A stretch of DNA of 62,868 nucleotides, the filler included, from Chiloscyllium plagiosum (Eukaryota): the NCBI RefSeq assembly GCF_004010195.1. It is 6 parts of one record of this genome, joined end to end, with 100 filler letters (N's around TTAATTAATTAA, not from the genome) between each part and the next. Parts side by side here need not be neighbours in the genome. Positions count along the whole stretch, not along the records: positions 28,415 to 40,268 come from NC_057717.1; positions 40,369 to 50,604 come from NC_057717.1; 4 more parts are not named here. The stretch is one strand, 5' to 3'. Made by a program: the position numbers and the translations under genes. Position 1 is the stretch's first letter. The number at the start of each line of letters is the position of its first letter. Shown one piece after another: positions 37,520-50,704 of the stretch. The notes beneath the pieces are model-generated. The model had not been told where the DNA came from, did no database searches, and saw only the letters and a list, made by a program, of their open reading frames with translations.

Positions 37520-40170
37520 CAAATGGGAACTAGCTGGGATGGCAGTGCAGGGAGAGCAATGTTCCTCCTGCATGATGTTTGATGTGAGGGACGCCTTTAG
37601 TGTCTCATCCAAGTATGTCAGCAGGAAGTGCACCCAACTCTCGCTCCTCCAAAACAGGAAAATTTTGACTTGAACCAGAGGAGTGCTATTATCCCAGGTG
37701 GGAAATTTGCTGCTGCTATTCGGGTGGGTTTACTCTAGCTCAGCAGGGGATGGGAACGGGAGGTTTATTTGCAGTGCACAGGAGGATGAGAGCAAGAAGC
37801 TCAGGGACAGGAATTCAGGGCTCAGGAATATGCTTGCAGACAGCAATCTGGTTAAAGTGTATCTACTTCAACGCCAGAATTATCCGAAATAAGGTAGGTG
37901 AGCTTGCAGTATGCATAGATACCTGGGAATCCGATGTTATGGCCATTTCGGAGACACGGATGGAGCAGGGTGAGGAATGGACGTTGCAGGTTCCAGGGTT
38001 TAGATCTTTAATTGAGAACCCCCAAAGCAGTAAAGGAGGGGAAGGCGTGGCCTTGTTAGTCAAGGATAGTATAATGGTGGCTGAGAGAATTTTTGATGAG
38101 GACTCATCTCCTGAGGTTGTGTGGGCTGAAGTGAGAAACAGGAGAGGAGAGGTCACACAGCTTGGAGATTTTTTATAGGCCTCCACAGAGTTTCAGGCAG
38201 GTGGACGAGAGGATTTGCAAAATTATTCTGGGTAGGAGTGAAACGAACAGTGTGGTCATTATGGGGGACGTTAACTTCCCCAACATTGACTGGAAATGCC
38301 ATAACTCTATTACGTCGGATGGATCACATTTTGTCCAATATATACAGGAGGGTTTCCTGACACAGTATGTCGAAGGGCCGACAATTAGAAAGCCACACTG
38401 GATCTTGTGTTTGGTAATAAACGAGGCCAGATGTTTGATAAAGATGTAGGTGAGCACTTTGGAGAGAGTAACCATAATTCGGTTATATTTAGTTTAGCGA
38501 TGGAAAGGAATAGGTACATGCCACAAGTGGAGAAGTATCGATGGGGCAAGGGCAAATATTATGCGATTAGGCAAGAATTGGGATGCATAGAACGGGTTGG
38601 CAAAATGCAGGAGATGCAGACAATAGAAATGTGGAGCTGGTTTAAGGAACAGATATTGCTGTCCTTGATAGTGTGGCATTGAAAGGCAGGGAGGAAGTTA
38701 TAAGGAAACAGAACCGTAGTTTACAACAAAAATTGAATCTCTTGTTGAGAAGAAGAAAGAGGCTTCTGTGTTAATGAGGCAAAATGGTTCAGATGAGGCG
38801 ATGGAGAATTACAGATCAGCTGGGAAGAATTTAAAGAGAGAGTTAAGAAGAGCAAAGAGATGACACGAGCAGTCTTTAGTAAATCGAATAAAGAAGAACC
38901 CTAATACGTTCTGTGGGTATGTGAGGAATAAAAGGATGATAAGTGTAGGAAAAGGGCCAGTCAAAGACAGAAGTGAGAAGCTAAATGTGGATCCTGTGGT
39001 GTTCGGAGGGGTGGTAAACGAACATTTCCCATCGGTTTTCACACAGGAAAAGGAAAATATTGTAGAGGAGAAGAACGTGGTACGAGATAATAGACGAGAA
39101 AGGATCGAGGTTAGTTACGAACAAGTGTTAACAATTCTCGAAGGAGCGAAAGTAGACAATCCCCTGGGCTGGATGGGATTTATCCAAGGATTTCTGGGAA
39201 GCTTGGGAGGAGATAGCAGAGCCTTTGGTCTTGATATTTGAGTCGTCATTGTCTACAGGTTTAGTACTCTAATAACTTAGAGGCAGGCATAGGTGGATGG
39301 ATTAGTAAATTTGCAGACGACACCAAAGTCGGTGGAGTAGTAGACAGTTTGGAAGAATGTTAAACGTTGCAGGGGGACTTGGATAAACTGCAGAATTGGG
39401 CTGAAAGGTGGCAAATGGAGTTCAATGAAGCTAAATATGAGAGGGTGCACTTTGGGAAAATAACAGGAAGGCAGAATACTGGATCAATGGAAGGACTCTT
39501 GGTAGTATGGATATTGCAGAAGGATATTGGAGTCCATGAAAGTAAATCACTGAAAGTTGCCACTCAGGTGGATAGTGCTGTTAACAAGGCAGATGGTGTG
39601 TTAGATTTTATTCGTCGAGGGATTGAGTTCCGGAGCCGCAATATCATGCTGTAACTATACAAAACACTGGTGCGGCCACATTTGGAATATTGCGTGCATT
39701 TCTGGTTCCCATATTTTGGAAAGGATGTGGAAGCATTGGAAAAGGTGTAGAGGAGATTTACCAGGATGTTGCCTGGTCTGGAGGGAAGATCTTATGAAGA
39801 AAGGCTGAGAGACTTGGGTCTGTTCTCAATGGAAAGAAGAAGGCTAAGAGGGGATTTGATAGAGACATACAAGTTTTTCAGAGGATTAGATAGGATAGTT
39901 GACACCAGCTTGTACGATGGGGCTTAACTACAAATTGAGGGGTGATAGATTTAAGGCTGATGAAAGAGGCAGCTCCTTTACGCAGGGTGTGGAATGCCCT
40001 AAATGCTAATGTAGTCAACTCAGCCACATTAGGGAGATTTAAACAATTCTTAGAAAAACACATGGATGATTTCAGGATAGTGTAGGGGGACGAGCTGAGA
40101 ATAGTTCAGAGGTCCGCGCAATATTGAGGGCCAAACGGCCTGTTCTGTGTTGTACTGTTCTATATTCTGT
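37520..40170 (+). mobile_element. Long CR1 copy (ORF1 start, EN, internally deleted RT, 3' UTR)
   Basis: CSSCMMFDVR (ORF1 zinc finger), [36 protein letters not shown], and a TGTTCTA tail. Confidence 0.92.
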
Positions 40171-40459
40171 AAGAATTATAGAGACTACATTACTTGACAG
40201 TCAGTGTAACTCCGCATGGTGTCCAGAGACAAGAGGGATTCTTACAGCTGGAGGTTACTAAATAGGCANNNNNNNNNNNNNNNNNNNNNNNNNNNNNNNN
40301 NNNNNNNNNNNNTTAATTAATTAANNNNNNNNNNNNNNNNNNNNNNNNNNNNNNNNNNNNNNNNNNNNCACCTGTTCCCTGGATGCTGCCTGACCTGCTG
40401 CGCTTTTCCAGCAACACATTTCCAGCTCTGATCTCCAGCATCTGCAGACCTCACTTTCT

Positions 40460-42950
40460 CCTGTATATCTAACACAACTTCCCAAGTTCTATATTCAATG
40501 CCAAAACTGATGAATGTCAGTGTGCCAAATGCCTTCTTCACTGCCCTGTCTACCTGAGACTCCACTTTCAGAGAACCATGCACCTGAAATGCAAGGTCCC
40601 TCTGTTCCAGTACACTCCTTAAAGCCCAAACATTCGGCATGAAACTCCTGTCTTGATTTAACTTTCTAAAACCCAAGACCTGACTCTTTGAGTCAAAGAG
40701 AGGTACAGCATGGAAGCAGACCCAAGTCGTCCGCGCCGACGAGATATCCCAATCCAATCTATTTCCACTTGCCAGCACCCGGCCCATATTTCTCCAAATT
40801 CTTCCTATTTATACACTCATCCAGATGCCTTTTAAATGTTGGAATTGTACCAGCCTCCACCACTTCCTCTGGCAGCTCATTCCATACACGTACCACCCTC
40901 TACGTGAAGAGTTGCCCCTCAGGTCTCTTTTATATCTTTCCCCTCTCAACCTAAACCTATGCCCTCTAGTTCTGGACTCCCCCACCCCAGGGAAAAGACC
41001 TCTTTTCCATATCCACGCCCCTCATGATTTTATAAACCTCGATAAGGTCACCCCTCAGCCTCCAAAGTTCCAGGTAAAACAGCCCATCCTATTCAACCTC
41101 TTCCTATAGCTCAAATCCTCCTGCCTTGGCAATATCCTTGTAAATTCTTTCTGAATCCTTTCATGTTTCACGATATCCTGTCAGGAAGATACCAGAATTG
41201 CACGCAATATTCCAACAATGGCATGACGAACATCCCGTATATCGTTAAAATGACCACCCAACTCCAATACTCAGTACTCTGACCAATAAAGGAAAGCTTA
41301 CCATACGCCTTCTTCACTCTCCTATATATCTGCGACTCTACTTTCAAGGAGCGATCAACCTGCACTCCGAGGTCTCTTTGTTCATCAACACTTCCTTGGA
41401 CCTTACATTAAGTGTATAAGTCCTGCTAAGATTTGCTTTCCCAAAATGCAACACGTCACATTTATCTACATTAAACTCCATCTGCCACTCCTCAGCCCAT
41501 TGGCCCATCTGATCAAGATCCCGTTGTAATCTGAGGTAACTTACTTTGCTGTCCACGACATCTTCAATGTTGGTATTATCTGCAAACTTACTAACTATAC
41601 ATGATATGTTCACATCCAAATTATTCATATAAATGACAAAACGTAGTGGACCCAGCACCAATCCTTGTGGCACTGCAATGGCCACAGGCCTCCAGTGTCA
41701 AAAACAACCCTCCACCACCACTAGCTGCCGTCTACCTTCAAGCCACGTTTGTATCTAAATGGCTAGTTCTCCATGTATAACGTGATCTAACTTTGCTAAC
41801 CAATCTCCCATGGGGAACCTTGCCGAACGCTTTATTGAATCCATGCAGATCACTTCCACCGGTCTGCCTTCATTATTCCTCTTTGTTACTTCTTCAAGAA
41901 CCTCAAACAAGTTCGTAAGACATAATTTTCCATGCACAAAACTTGTTGACTATCCCTAATCAATCCTTGCCTTTCCGAATACGTGTAAATCCTGTCCCTC
42001 AGTATTTCCTCCAACAACGTGCCTACCACTGAAGTCAAGTTCACCAGTCTTTCGTTCCCTGGCTTGTTCTTACCACCTTTCTTAAATAGTGGTACCATGT
42101 TAGCCAACTCCAGTCTTCCTGCACCTCACATATGACTATCGTTAATACAAATATTTCAGCAAGGGGCCCAACAATCAGTTCCCTAACTATTCATAAAGTT
42201 CTAGGTTACAGCCGATCGGGTCCTGTGGATTTACTTCGGTATGTTAAACTCCATTTGCCATTTCTCCGCTCACCTCCCCAGCTGATCAAGGTCCTGCTGC
42301 ATTTTCTGATAATCTTCCTCACTGTCTACTTCACCACTTATTTTCTTTTCATCAGCAAACTGACTACTCATAACTTGTACACTCTCATCCAAATCACTGA
42401 TATAGATAAACAGCAATGAGCCCAGCACCAACCCCTGTGGGACAGTCACAGGCCTGCAGTCCAACCAACATTCTTCAACTATTACCCTCTGCTTCCTACT
42501 GTCAAGCCAATTGTGTATCCAATTTGCCAGTTTGCCCAGGATTCCATGAGACCTAACCTTCCAGAGCATCCTACCGTGTGGAATCTTATCAAAGGCTGTA
42601 AGGCTTTAGACTACATCCATCCAGATTATGTCTGTCACTCTGCCCTTGTCAACAAAGAACTATAACAAATTTGTGAGGCATGATCTCCCATCCACAAAGC
42701 GTGTCTTTTCAAATGCATGTCCATCTTATCCCTCACAATCCTACCAAGTGACTCAACAACCAAAGATACCAGGTTTGCCCTTGTCAACAAAGAACTATAA
42801 CAAATTTGTGAGGCATGATCTCCCAACCACAAAGCCATTCTGACTGCTTCTCATCAAAGCGTGTCTTTTCAAATGCATGTCCATCTTATCCCTCACAATC
42901 CTACCAAGTGACTCAACAACCAAAGATACCAGGTTTACTGTAGTTCTCAG
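40460..42950 (-). mobile_element. Nested CR1 RT and 3' fragments
   Basis: ANMVPLFKKGGK, VPQGLVLGPL, KFADNTN, LEYCVQFW; a second RT piece VPQGLVLGSLL..QFADEK. Confidence 0.9.
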
Positions 42951-43094
42951 GCTCGTTGTGCCCTATAATTGGTAAACGTGTTTTATATCCCACCATGAAA
43001 TTAGAGAAAACATTGATGGAATATCTGTGCCATTTCCCTATTCTCCCATGTCCCCAGGTTTGGAGGGAGGCTGTTGATTGAGGGAGGTCTCTGG

Positions 43095-43310
43095 GTCTGT
43101 AAAACCCGCCCCTCCCCAATTCCAGCCGCACCACGTGACCTCCGCTCTGGGGCTCCCGCGCGCTCATGTTCGAACTCCCCGCCGTTGGCCACCAACTGCA
43201 GCGGATCGCATGCGAGCTTGTAAGAAATACAACTCCCATTAGGCTCCGCGCTCGGATCCTCCCTGACACCAAGCTCACCGGCTCTTATTGCGCAGGCGCT
43301 ATCTCCCAGG
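43095..43310. promoter_or_regulatory. Small CpG-island-like promoter
   Basis: CpG-rich patch in CpG-poor surroundings. Contains a GC box CCGCCCC (43106), CCAAT (43116), E-box CACGTGAC (43132), NRF1-like CGCATGCG (43207) and TGCGCAGGCGC (43289), and ZNF143-like AATACAACTCCCATTAGGC (43226). Confidence 0.6.
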
Positions 43311-43798
43311 GCAGCATGGTTAATGCAGACAGATTAATGTCTCGAGTCTGATCTAACTCTTGCTCAGAAATGGAAGGAGCTGCTGGAAAATGCTGGGATT
43401 TGTGTTGTATACCGAGGGAACAGATGGTAGGTGTGCCCAGAGCTAAAGAATGTGCCTTTTTGTTGAATATTTGAACCTGTTCCTTGCCATATTTGTCCCT
43501 GATCAGTTGCAGCCGTACATTTCACTGTTTCCCTGTTTATCTCGGGCAGTGCTCCCTCCCCACTGAGTGAACAATGTTGTTGCTCGAACAAACACTGACA
43601 AAAATTTTCTATAAACTCTGCTTCAGGATCACTCTTGCCAATGTGATTGACCCGGACTAAATGAAGATTGAAGTCCCCCACAATTTGTGGTTTTCACAAA
43701 TCCATAAGTGCCTGTTTAATTCAGAGTCTAATGATGCAGTGCTGTTAAGCAGGTGCTAGACTCTTGTGGTTCTGATCGCCGAGATGGGAATTTGTGTT

Positions 43799-43838
43799 GC
43801 AGACGTTTCGTCCCCTGTCTAGGTGATATCCTCAGTGC
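43799..43838 (-). ncRNA. Minimal type I hammerhead ribozyme motif in a Penelope terminal repeat
   Basis: Minus strand GCA-CTGAGGA-TATCACCTAGACAGGGGAC-GAAAC-GTC-TGC: intact CUGANGA and GAAA cores, GUC cleavage triplet, stem I GCA/UGC, palindromic ACGU stem III. Confidence 0.7.
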
Positions 43839-43928
43839 TTGGGAGCTTCCTGTGAAGCGCTTCTGTGATCTTTCCTCCGGCATTTGTGCTAGTCTGTTCG
43901 TCCCTTTGCAATTCCTGGCGCATCATCC

Positions 43929-45401
43929 TTCCAAATTGCTTTCCTACTGCCTGTATTTCATAACCTGACGATAAATAATTTGTCAGTATTACTTTTGTAA
44001 TCGCTAACTAAAAGGTTCCTTCCTGCTGCATTTCCATTCTGCCTGTCTCTCTGTAAATTGAGTACTGTAGAATATTTATGTCCCACCTTTTGTTCGTGTT
44101 TACCAAGTCTCTCTGATGATCAGATCAAAGTCATTTTTCTCTCCACCCCGAAGCTCCCAGCTTCATTCCTGATGAAGGGCTTTTGCCCGAACATCGATTT
44201 TCCTGCTCCATGGATGCTGCCTGACCTGCTGTGCGTTTCCAGCAAGACACTCTCAACTCTGATCTCGAGCATCTGCAGACCTCACTGTCTCCTAAATGTG
44301 AGATGTTGCATTCTGGTGAGGTGAACCCGGACAGGACTTATACAGTTAATGATAGTGTCGTGGGCAGTGTTGCTGAACAAAGAGACCCAGGGGTGCAGCT
44401 GCATAGTTCCTTGATTTTGCAGTTGCATGTCAACACGGTGATGAAAAGGCACCAGTCTTTATTGGTCAGTGCATTGAGTAATGGAGTTGGGACATCACAC
44501 TGTACAGGACATTGATAAGGCGACTATTAGAATACTGTTATCAATTCAAATCTCCCTGCTGTTGGAAAGTGTTATTCAACTTTAAAGGGTTCGGAAAAGT
44601 TTTATAAGGATACTGCCAGGACTGGGGGTTTGAGCCATTGGGAGTGGGTGAAAAAACTGGGGCTTTCCAAATTGCTTTCCTACTGACTGTATTTCATAAC
44701 CTGACGATAAATAATTTGTCAGTATGACTTTTGTAATCGCTAACTAAAAGGTTCCTTCCTGCTGCATTCCCATTCTGCCTGTCTCTCTGTAAATTGAGTA
44801 CTGTAGAATATTTATGTCCCACCTTTTGTTCGTGTTCACCAAGTCTCTCTGATGATCAGATCAAAGTCATTTATCTCTCCACCCCGAAGCTCCCAGCTTC
44901 ATTCCTGATGAAGGGCTTTTGCCCGAACATCGATTTTCCTGCTCCATGGATGCTGCCTGACCTGCTGTGCGTTTCCAGCAAGACACTCTCACTCTGATCT
45001 CGAGCATCTGCAGACCTCACTGTCTCCTAAATGTGAGATGTTGCATTCTGGTGAGGTGAACCCGGACAGGACTTATACAGTTAATGATAGTGTCATGGGC
45101 AGTGTTGCTGAACAAAGAGACCCAGGGGTACAGCTGCATAGTTCCTTGATTTTGCAGTTGCATGTCAACACGGTGATGAAAAAGGCACCAGTCTTTATTG
45201 GTCAGTGCATTGAGTAATGGAGTTGGGACATCACACTTTACAGGACATTGATAAGGCGACTATTAGAATACTGTTATCAATTCAAATCTCCCTGCTGTTG
45301 GCAAGTGTTATTCAACTTTAAAGGGTTCGGAAAAGTTTTATAAGGATGCTGCCAGGACTGGGGTTTTGAGCCATTGGGAGTGGGTGAAAAGACTGAGGCT
45401 T
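43929..45401 (+). repeat. 736-bp tandem duplication containing a Penelope terminal repeat and a CR1 fragment
   Basis: TTCCAAATTGCTTTCC at 43929 and 44665; the units are nearly identical; each has CTGATGAAGGGCTTTTGCCCGAACATC. Confidence 0.92.
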
Positions 45402-45800
45402 TACTCCCTGAAGCATTGCCGGCTGAGGGGTGACCTCATAGAGGTTCAGAAAATCATGAGGAACATGGATATAGTGAATAGCCATTATCTTTTTCCAAAA
45501 GTAGGGGAGAACAAAGCTACGTGGCACAGGTTTAAGGTGAGAGGAGAAAGATTTAAAAAGGACCTGAGGGGTAACTTTGCATGCAGTAGGTGGTGTGTGT
45601 ATGGCAGGAGCTGCCAGAGGAAGTACTGGAGGTGGGTATAGTTACAACATTTAAGAGGTATGTGGAATGGGGATATGAATAGGAAGGCTTCAGAGGGATA
45701 TGGGCTAAATGCTGGCAAATGGCACTAGATCAGTTTAGAAAGACTGATCGGCATGGATGAGATGGACCGTTTCCATCCTGTCTAACTCTCGGAATCTATC
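45030..45800 (+). mobile_element. CR1 3' end
   Basis: [32 protein letters not shown]. Confidence 0.85.
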
Positions 45801-47127
45801 TGCAAGGCACAAGTCATGACTGTGATGCTATACTCCCCACTCCTCTGAATGAGTACAGCTCAACAGCACTCAATGGGCTTCATAATCTCCAAGGCAAAGG
45901 AGCCTCTTGCTTGGCATCACATCCCATAAACATTTGTTCTATCCACCAGTGACGCTCAGTGACAGCATTGTATATTATCTACAAGACACGCTACAGAAAT
46001 TTAGCAAAGATCCGTCGGAAGCACATTGCAAAACCATGGCCACCTATATCTTGAAGGACAGCACATACATGGGAAAGCCACCAACTGCTAGTTCATTTCC
46101 CATTCACGCAGCATTTTGTCTTGGAAATGGGGTAACCTTCCCTTCACTGTCACTTGGTTAAAGTCCTGGAATTCCCTCCCACAGAACATTGTGGATCTAA
46201 CAACAGCATATGGGCTGCAGTGATTCAAGTGCAATTAGGGATTACAGGTTGCTCAGTCTGCAGCACCCATATCCCATAAAGAACCAAGAAAGCTTACAGC
46301 CCAGGAACAGGCTCTTCAGCTCTCCAAACCTGAGGTGATCCAAATCCATTGTCTAAACCGATCGCCCATTTCCTAAACATCTGTATCCCTCTGCTCCCCA
46401 CCTACTCATGCATCTGTCCATCCTGACCTTAAATTAATCTACCATGCCTGCCTCTACTACCTCTGCGTTCCAGTCACCGACCATACTCTGTGTAATGTAT
46501 TGCCGCGTATATCCCCCTTAAACTTTGCACCTCTCACCTCGAACGCATGACCTCTCGTTATTGAATCCCTCACCCTGGGAAAAAGCTTATCTCTATCTAC
46601 CCTGGCTATACCCTTCTTGATTTTGTAGACTTCAGTCAGGTCCCCCCTCAATCTGAGGTTCTTATATTTGAATTTTAGCAACAAGTATATGTAGATTTTC
46701 ATTAACCACAAAATAGTTTTTCAATTTAAAAGAATACTATAAAATGGCTGAGAATAATGACTGAACCCTGTTAACCTGTACTGCTGATTTGCAGAATTAA
46801 GCTGAAATTCAAAGACAAGAGGGCAACAGAGTTTTCATAAAATGAACACTGACACATTAACTGACCATTCGAACTAACCTTGAACTGCTACCATGGCATG
46901 CTGATTTACATAAATAAGATTTCTTTTCCGAGGAATATAATTGGATTAGCCTGTTGTCAATCATGTCAAAATATTACAGTTGTTTGGACTTTTCTTGTAA
47001 TTAAGAAGAGACGTTATTGGGCCTTTGTAACTGGTGTGACAAAATGAAGAGTCCAAGAATGCTTGTTGACGTTATTGGGCCTTTGTAACTGGTGTGTCCA
47101 CATGAAGAGTCCAAGAATGCTTGTTGC

Positions 47128-48060
47128 GGATGACCACTCCCAGCAGCTTGACACTCTCCACTCGTTCCACCTCTGTGGTGTTAATGTTTAGGGGGGCGTG
47201 AGTAACATCCCGCAAAAATCAATCATGAGTTCCTTGGTTTTGCCACCATTGAGAGCTAGGTTGTTCTTAGTGCACGATTTTTCCAGGTCTTCCACCTTCT
47301 GTCTGTATTCTGTTTTGTCGCCATTTGAGATTCGACCGACGATGTTGGTGTCATCAGCGAACTTGTAAATGGCATTAGTCTGGTATTTGGCGACGCATTC
47401 ATGGTATACAGTGGGTAGAGTAGGGGGATGAGTACGCACCCCTGGGGGGCTCCAGTGTTGACTGTTAGTGAGAATGAAATATTGTCCCCAATCTTCACTG
47501 ATTGTGGCCCGTGAGTCAGGAAATTGAGGATCCAATGGCAGAGAGTGGGGCTGAGTCCAAGATCGCTAAGTTTAGTAATCAGTCTCGAGGGGATAAATTG
47601 TTGAAGGCTGAACTGTAGTCAATGAGAAGGATTCCTGGGTGTCAAGATGTTTGTGGGAGAATGAAGGGTAAGTGACATGGCATCTGACATGGATCAGTTG
47701 GTTCGATAGGCAAATTGGAATGGGTCAAGAGTTCTGGGGAGGCTGCAGTTGATTAATGCCATGACCAGCCTTTCAAAGCACTTCATGACCACCGCAGTTA
47801 AGGCCACAGGATGGTAGTCATTGAGACATGCTGCATGAGCTTTCTTAGGCACAGGGATGCTGTTGGCCCTCTTGAAACAGGCAGACACAGTGGCCTGCTG
47901 CAGGGAGAGGTTGAAGATGTTTGAGAAGATCTCTGCCAGTTGACCTGCGCATGCTCTGAGTACATAGCCTTGTACTCTGTCTGGTTTTATCGCTTGCCTT
48001 GAATTCACACAAAGGAAAACTGATCTGACCTCTGATTCAGTAACTGTTGGGGTAGGTTCA
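47128..48060 (-). mobile_element. Rex1/Babar LINE reverse transcriptase fragment
   Basis: ACAGQLAEIFSNIFNLSL..CFK..IPVPKK..CLNDYHPVALT..MKCFERLV..LDPFQFAYR; TGAPQGCVLIPLLY; KFADDTNIVGRI. Confidence 0.88.
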
Positions 48061-48951
48061 TCAGCTTTTCACACAGAGGGTGGAACGTGTAAGGAATGAG
48101 CTGCCAGAGGAAATGGTGGAGGCTCGAACAATTGCAAAATTTAAAAGGCATTTGAATGGGTATAGCAATGTGACCGCAGACAGATTGTGTGTTTCACTGA
48201 CGCTGTTTAGATGTTCCAAATGCGGCTGTTTGACAAATTCAAACCACCTCCCACTTTCATTATTCAACAAACACTCGCTACTTCTCTCTCTCTCTTTCCA
48301 GCCTCCCTTTCTCCATCTCTAATCTTTCTCTCTCTTTGATTTAATCTTGTCCATGGTAATCATTATTCACATTTTAAAAGATAGCAGTGTTTACATTTGA
48401 CAATATTGCCTTTTATAAACTGGGGCACTATTTTCCAGCAGTCCCTGTGCCAGCAATGCTGTGAGCCATTGACGCACAGGGAGATCCCACAGGGTACCCC
48501 CTTCCTGCTCCAGAATGTGCTCAAATCCCACTTTTCTATCCAGCAAGAGACCATGGTTTTCTTTGAGAGTCCTGTTTTAAAAAAAAACATTCCCTCCATC
48601 CCAGGATTTAATTTTGGTAGTTTCTAAAAGGAAGTGATTGGAGCTGGATGGTGATGGGATATTGGAGAGCTCTGTCTCTTCCCGCTCTCCCAGATCCTGT
48701 CTTCCTTTCCCAACCCAACGACAAAGACACATCTTATCCCTCTATCGCTCCCTCCTTCCCACACACTGTCTCTCTCTTTGTCTGCACCTTGTGTTCTTTT
48801 ACCCCTTTGTCTCAGAAACAATCACCTTGCGCTGCAAAATATTTCCAGCTCTCCCCACTTCAAGTAACCACAAGTCACACTGGTGTGTTTGGGATATTTT
48901 TATTTAGTTGAAAAACCAACAAAAGAAAGCTGGAGAGGGTTTGAGAGAGGG

Positions 48952-48987
<36 letters not shown>

Positions 48988-49220
48988 TGCCCTCCCAGAT
49001 ACTCAGGGAATTGAATTGAAATGGCCAACCTGCATCTTATTTATGCGATTATCACATTTGATCACCCAGGCCTGTATACATCTCACATTACTCTAACATT
49101 AGAATAAGTCTTTGGATAGAGTTTGTCATTTAAGGTTTTAATTCCCACCTTGAGGAGTCCTGTCTGTCAGACACTCACTGGGGATTGATGTATTTGTGTC
49201 TAATCCCAAGGCCCTGGTTA

Positions 49221-50086
49221 CTTTAACCCCAGACTTCAAACCTGTTTTAAAAATACAGGGCCGCAATCCGAAAGGAACAAGTTAACCAGAGGCCCCCAAA
49301 TCCCAGGGTCCCCCATAGGAGATTAAACCTTCTGGTAAATAAACACACAACTCACGTGGGCCCCCACAGGGTGCAGACTGTCAACCAGGCCTCAGGTCTC
49401 AGGACTGTGTCCCCTCTGGAGAGAGCTCTTGTTCAAAGGTCTCCTGATCCTAAAGTAAAATTTGAAATGGCGGGTTAGCTGATTAAAACACTCACTGCCT
49501 GAAATGACAGTATTGAAGCAGCTCGTGCACAGCAAGATCCCACATGCAACAATTCAGCAGCAGCTAATTACTCTGATCATTTCTCCACTCTGTGATGCTA
49601 CTTCAGTTTAATTATTTCCTGTCACTCCAGAATCAAACATTACAGCAATTTCACAATCTCAGAATGTTTGTCCTCTCTCTCCCCTTCTGTTTCCCCTGCT
49701 CTCTCAATTTTTCACTCAATTCCTCTCACTCTCTTTCTCTCACTGTTGAATTTTCTCATCCTGCCCTCTCTATAATTCACATCACTCTGACTTTATGACA
49801 AGTCTTTTGAGAGGATTGCATCATTTGGGTTTTAATTCTGCACTCGGGCAGTCCTGCCTCTCAGATCCAAGGGATTAACATGCTTTAACCCCAGGCTTCA
49901 AACTTGTTTTAAAAATGACAGGGCCGCAATCCGACAGGAGCCAGTTAACCAGAGGCCCCTAAAACTCAGGGTCCCCCAGAGGAGATTAAGCTTCGGGGTA
50001 AATAAACACACAACTCACATGGGCCCCCACGGGGTGCAGCCTGTCGACCAGGCCTCAGGCCTCAGGCCCGTGCTCCCCCTCTGGAG
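49221..50086. repeat. Diverged direct repeat of about 200 bp (49221-49420 and 49883-50086)
   Basis: CTTTAACCCCAG...GTAAATAAACACACAACTCAC.TGGGCCCCCAC...CCCCTCTGGAG in both copies. Confidence 0.9.
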
Positions 50087-50339
50087 GTTGTTCTTTCCTG
50101 GCCTCGAACATTTTGGTTCTTGGACCCACACTTACATCTAAGATTCTCTGGCCGTAAACCCGTGAAGCTGAGGTTCTGTGTTGGAATTTTCCTGTTGTCA
50201 GTGTGACACCCAGAAAAAAAAACACTCTGACTTATATTTAGTGTGTGTGTGTACGTTTCTGACTGTGAGTGAACATATCTGTGAGAGCGAGAGACTATGA
50301 GTGTCCAACTTGAGTGTCAATGATTACATGATGGTACTC

Positions 50340-50570
50340 CTCACACTCACAGTCTCACACTCACATTCACTCACTCACTAACACAAAGGCACACACTCAC
50401 TCACAACACACATACAAACACAAACACACAGACACTTACACACTCTCACATGCACTGACACACACTCTCTTACACACACATTTTCATTCACAGACACTGA
50501 CTCTCGTTCACACATCCCTCCCGCAAACACTTACGCCCTCTCACTCTCTTTCTTACTTACTCTTCCACTC
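50340..50570. repeat. CA-rich low-complexity tract
   Basis: Degenerate (CA)/(CACT) repeats. Confidence 0.8.
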
Positions 50571-50704
50571 AGTCTAGGTACAGTGCTTTGCATATCGAAT
50601 ATCANNNNNNNNNNNNNNNNNNNNNNNNNNNNNNNNNNNNNNNNNNNNTTAATTAATTAANNNNNNNNNNNNNNNNNNNNNNNNNNNNNNNNNNNNNNNN
50701 NNNN

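Noticed and set aside
47010..47127. Short repeated units as a CRISPR-like array
   Set aside because: Only two 58-bp tandem copies with no spacers, in a eukaryotic context.
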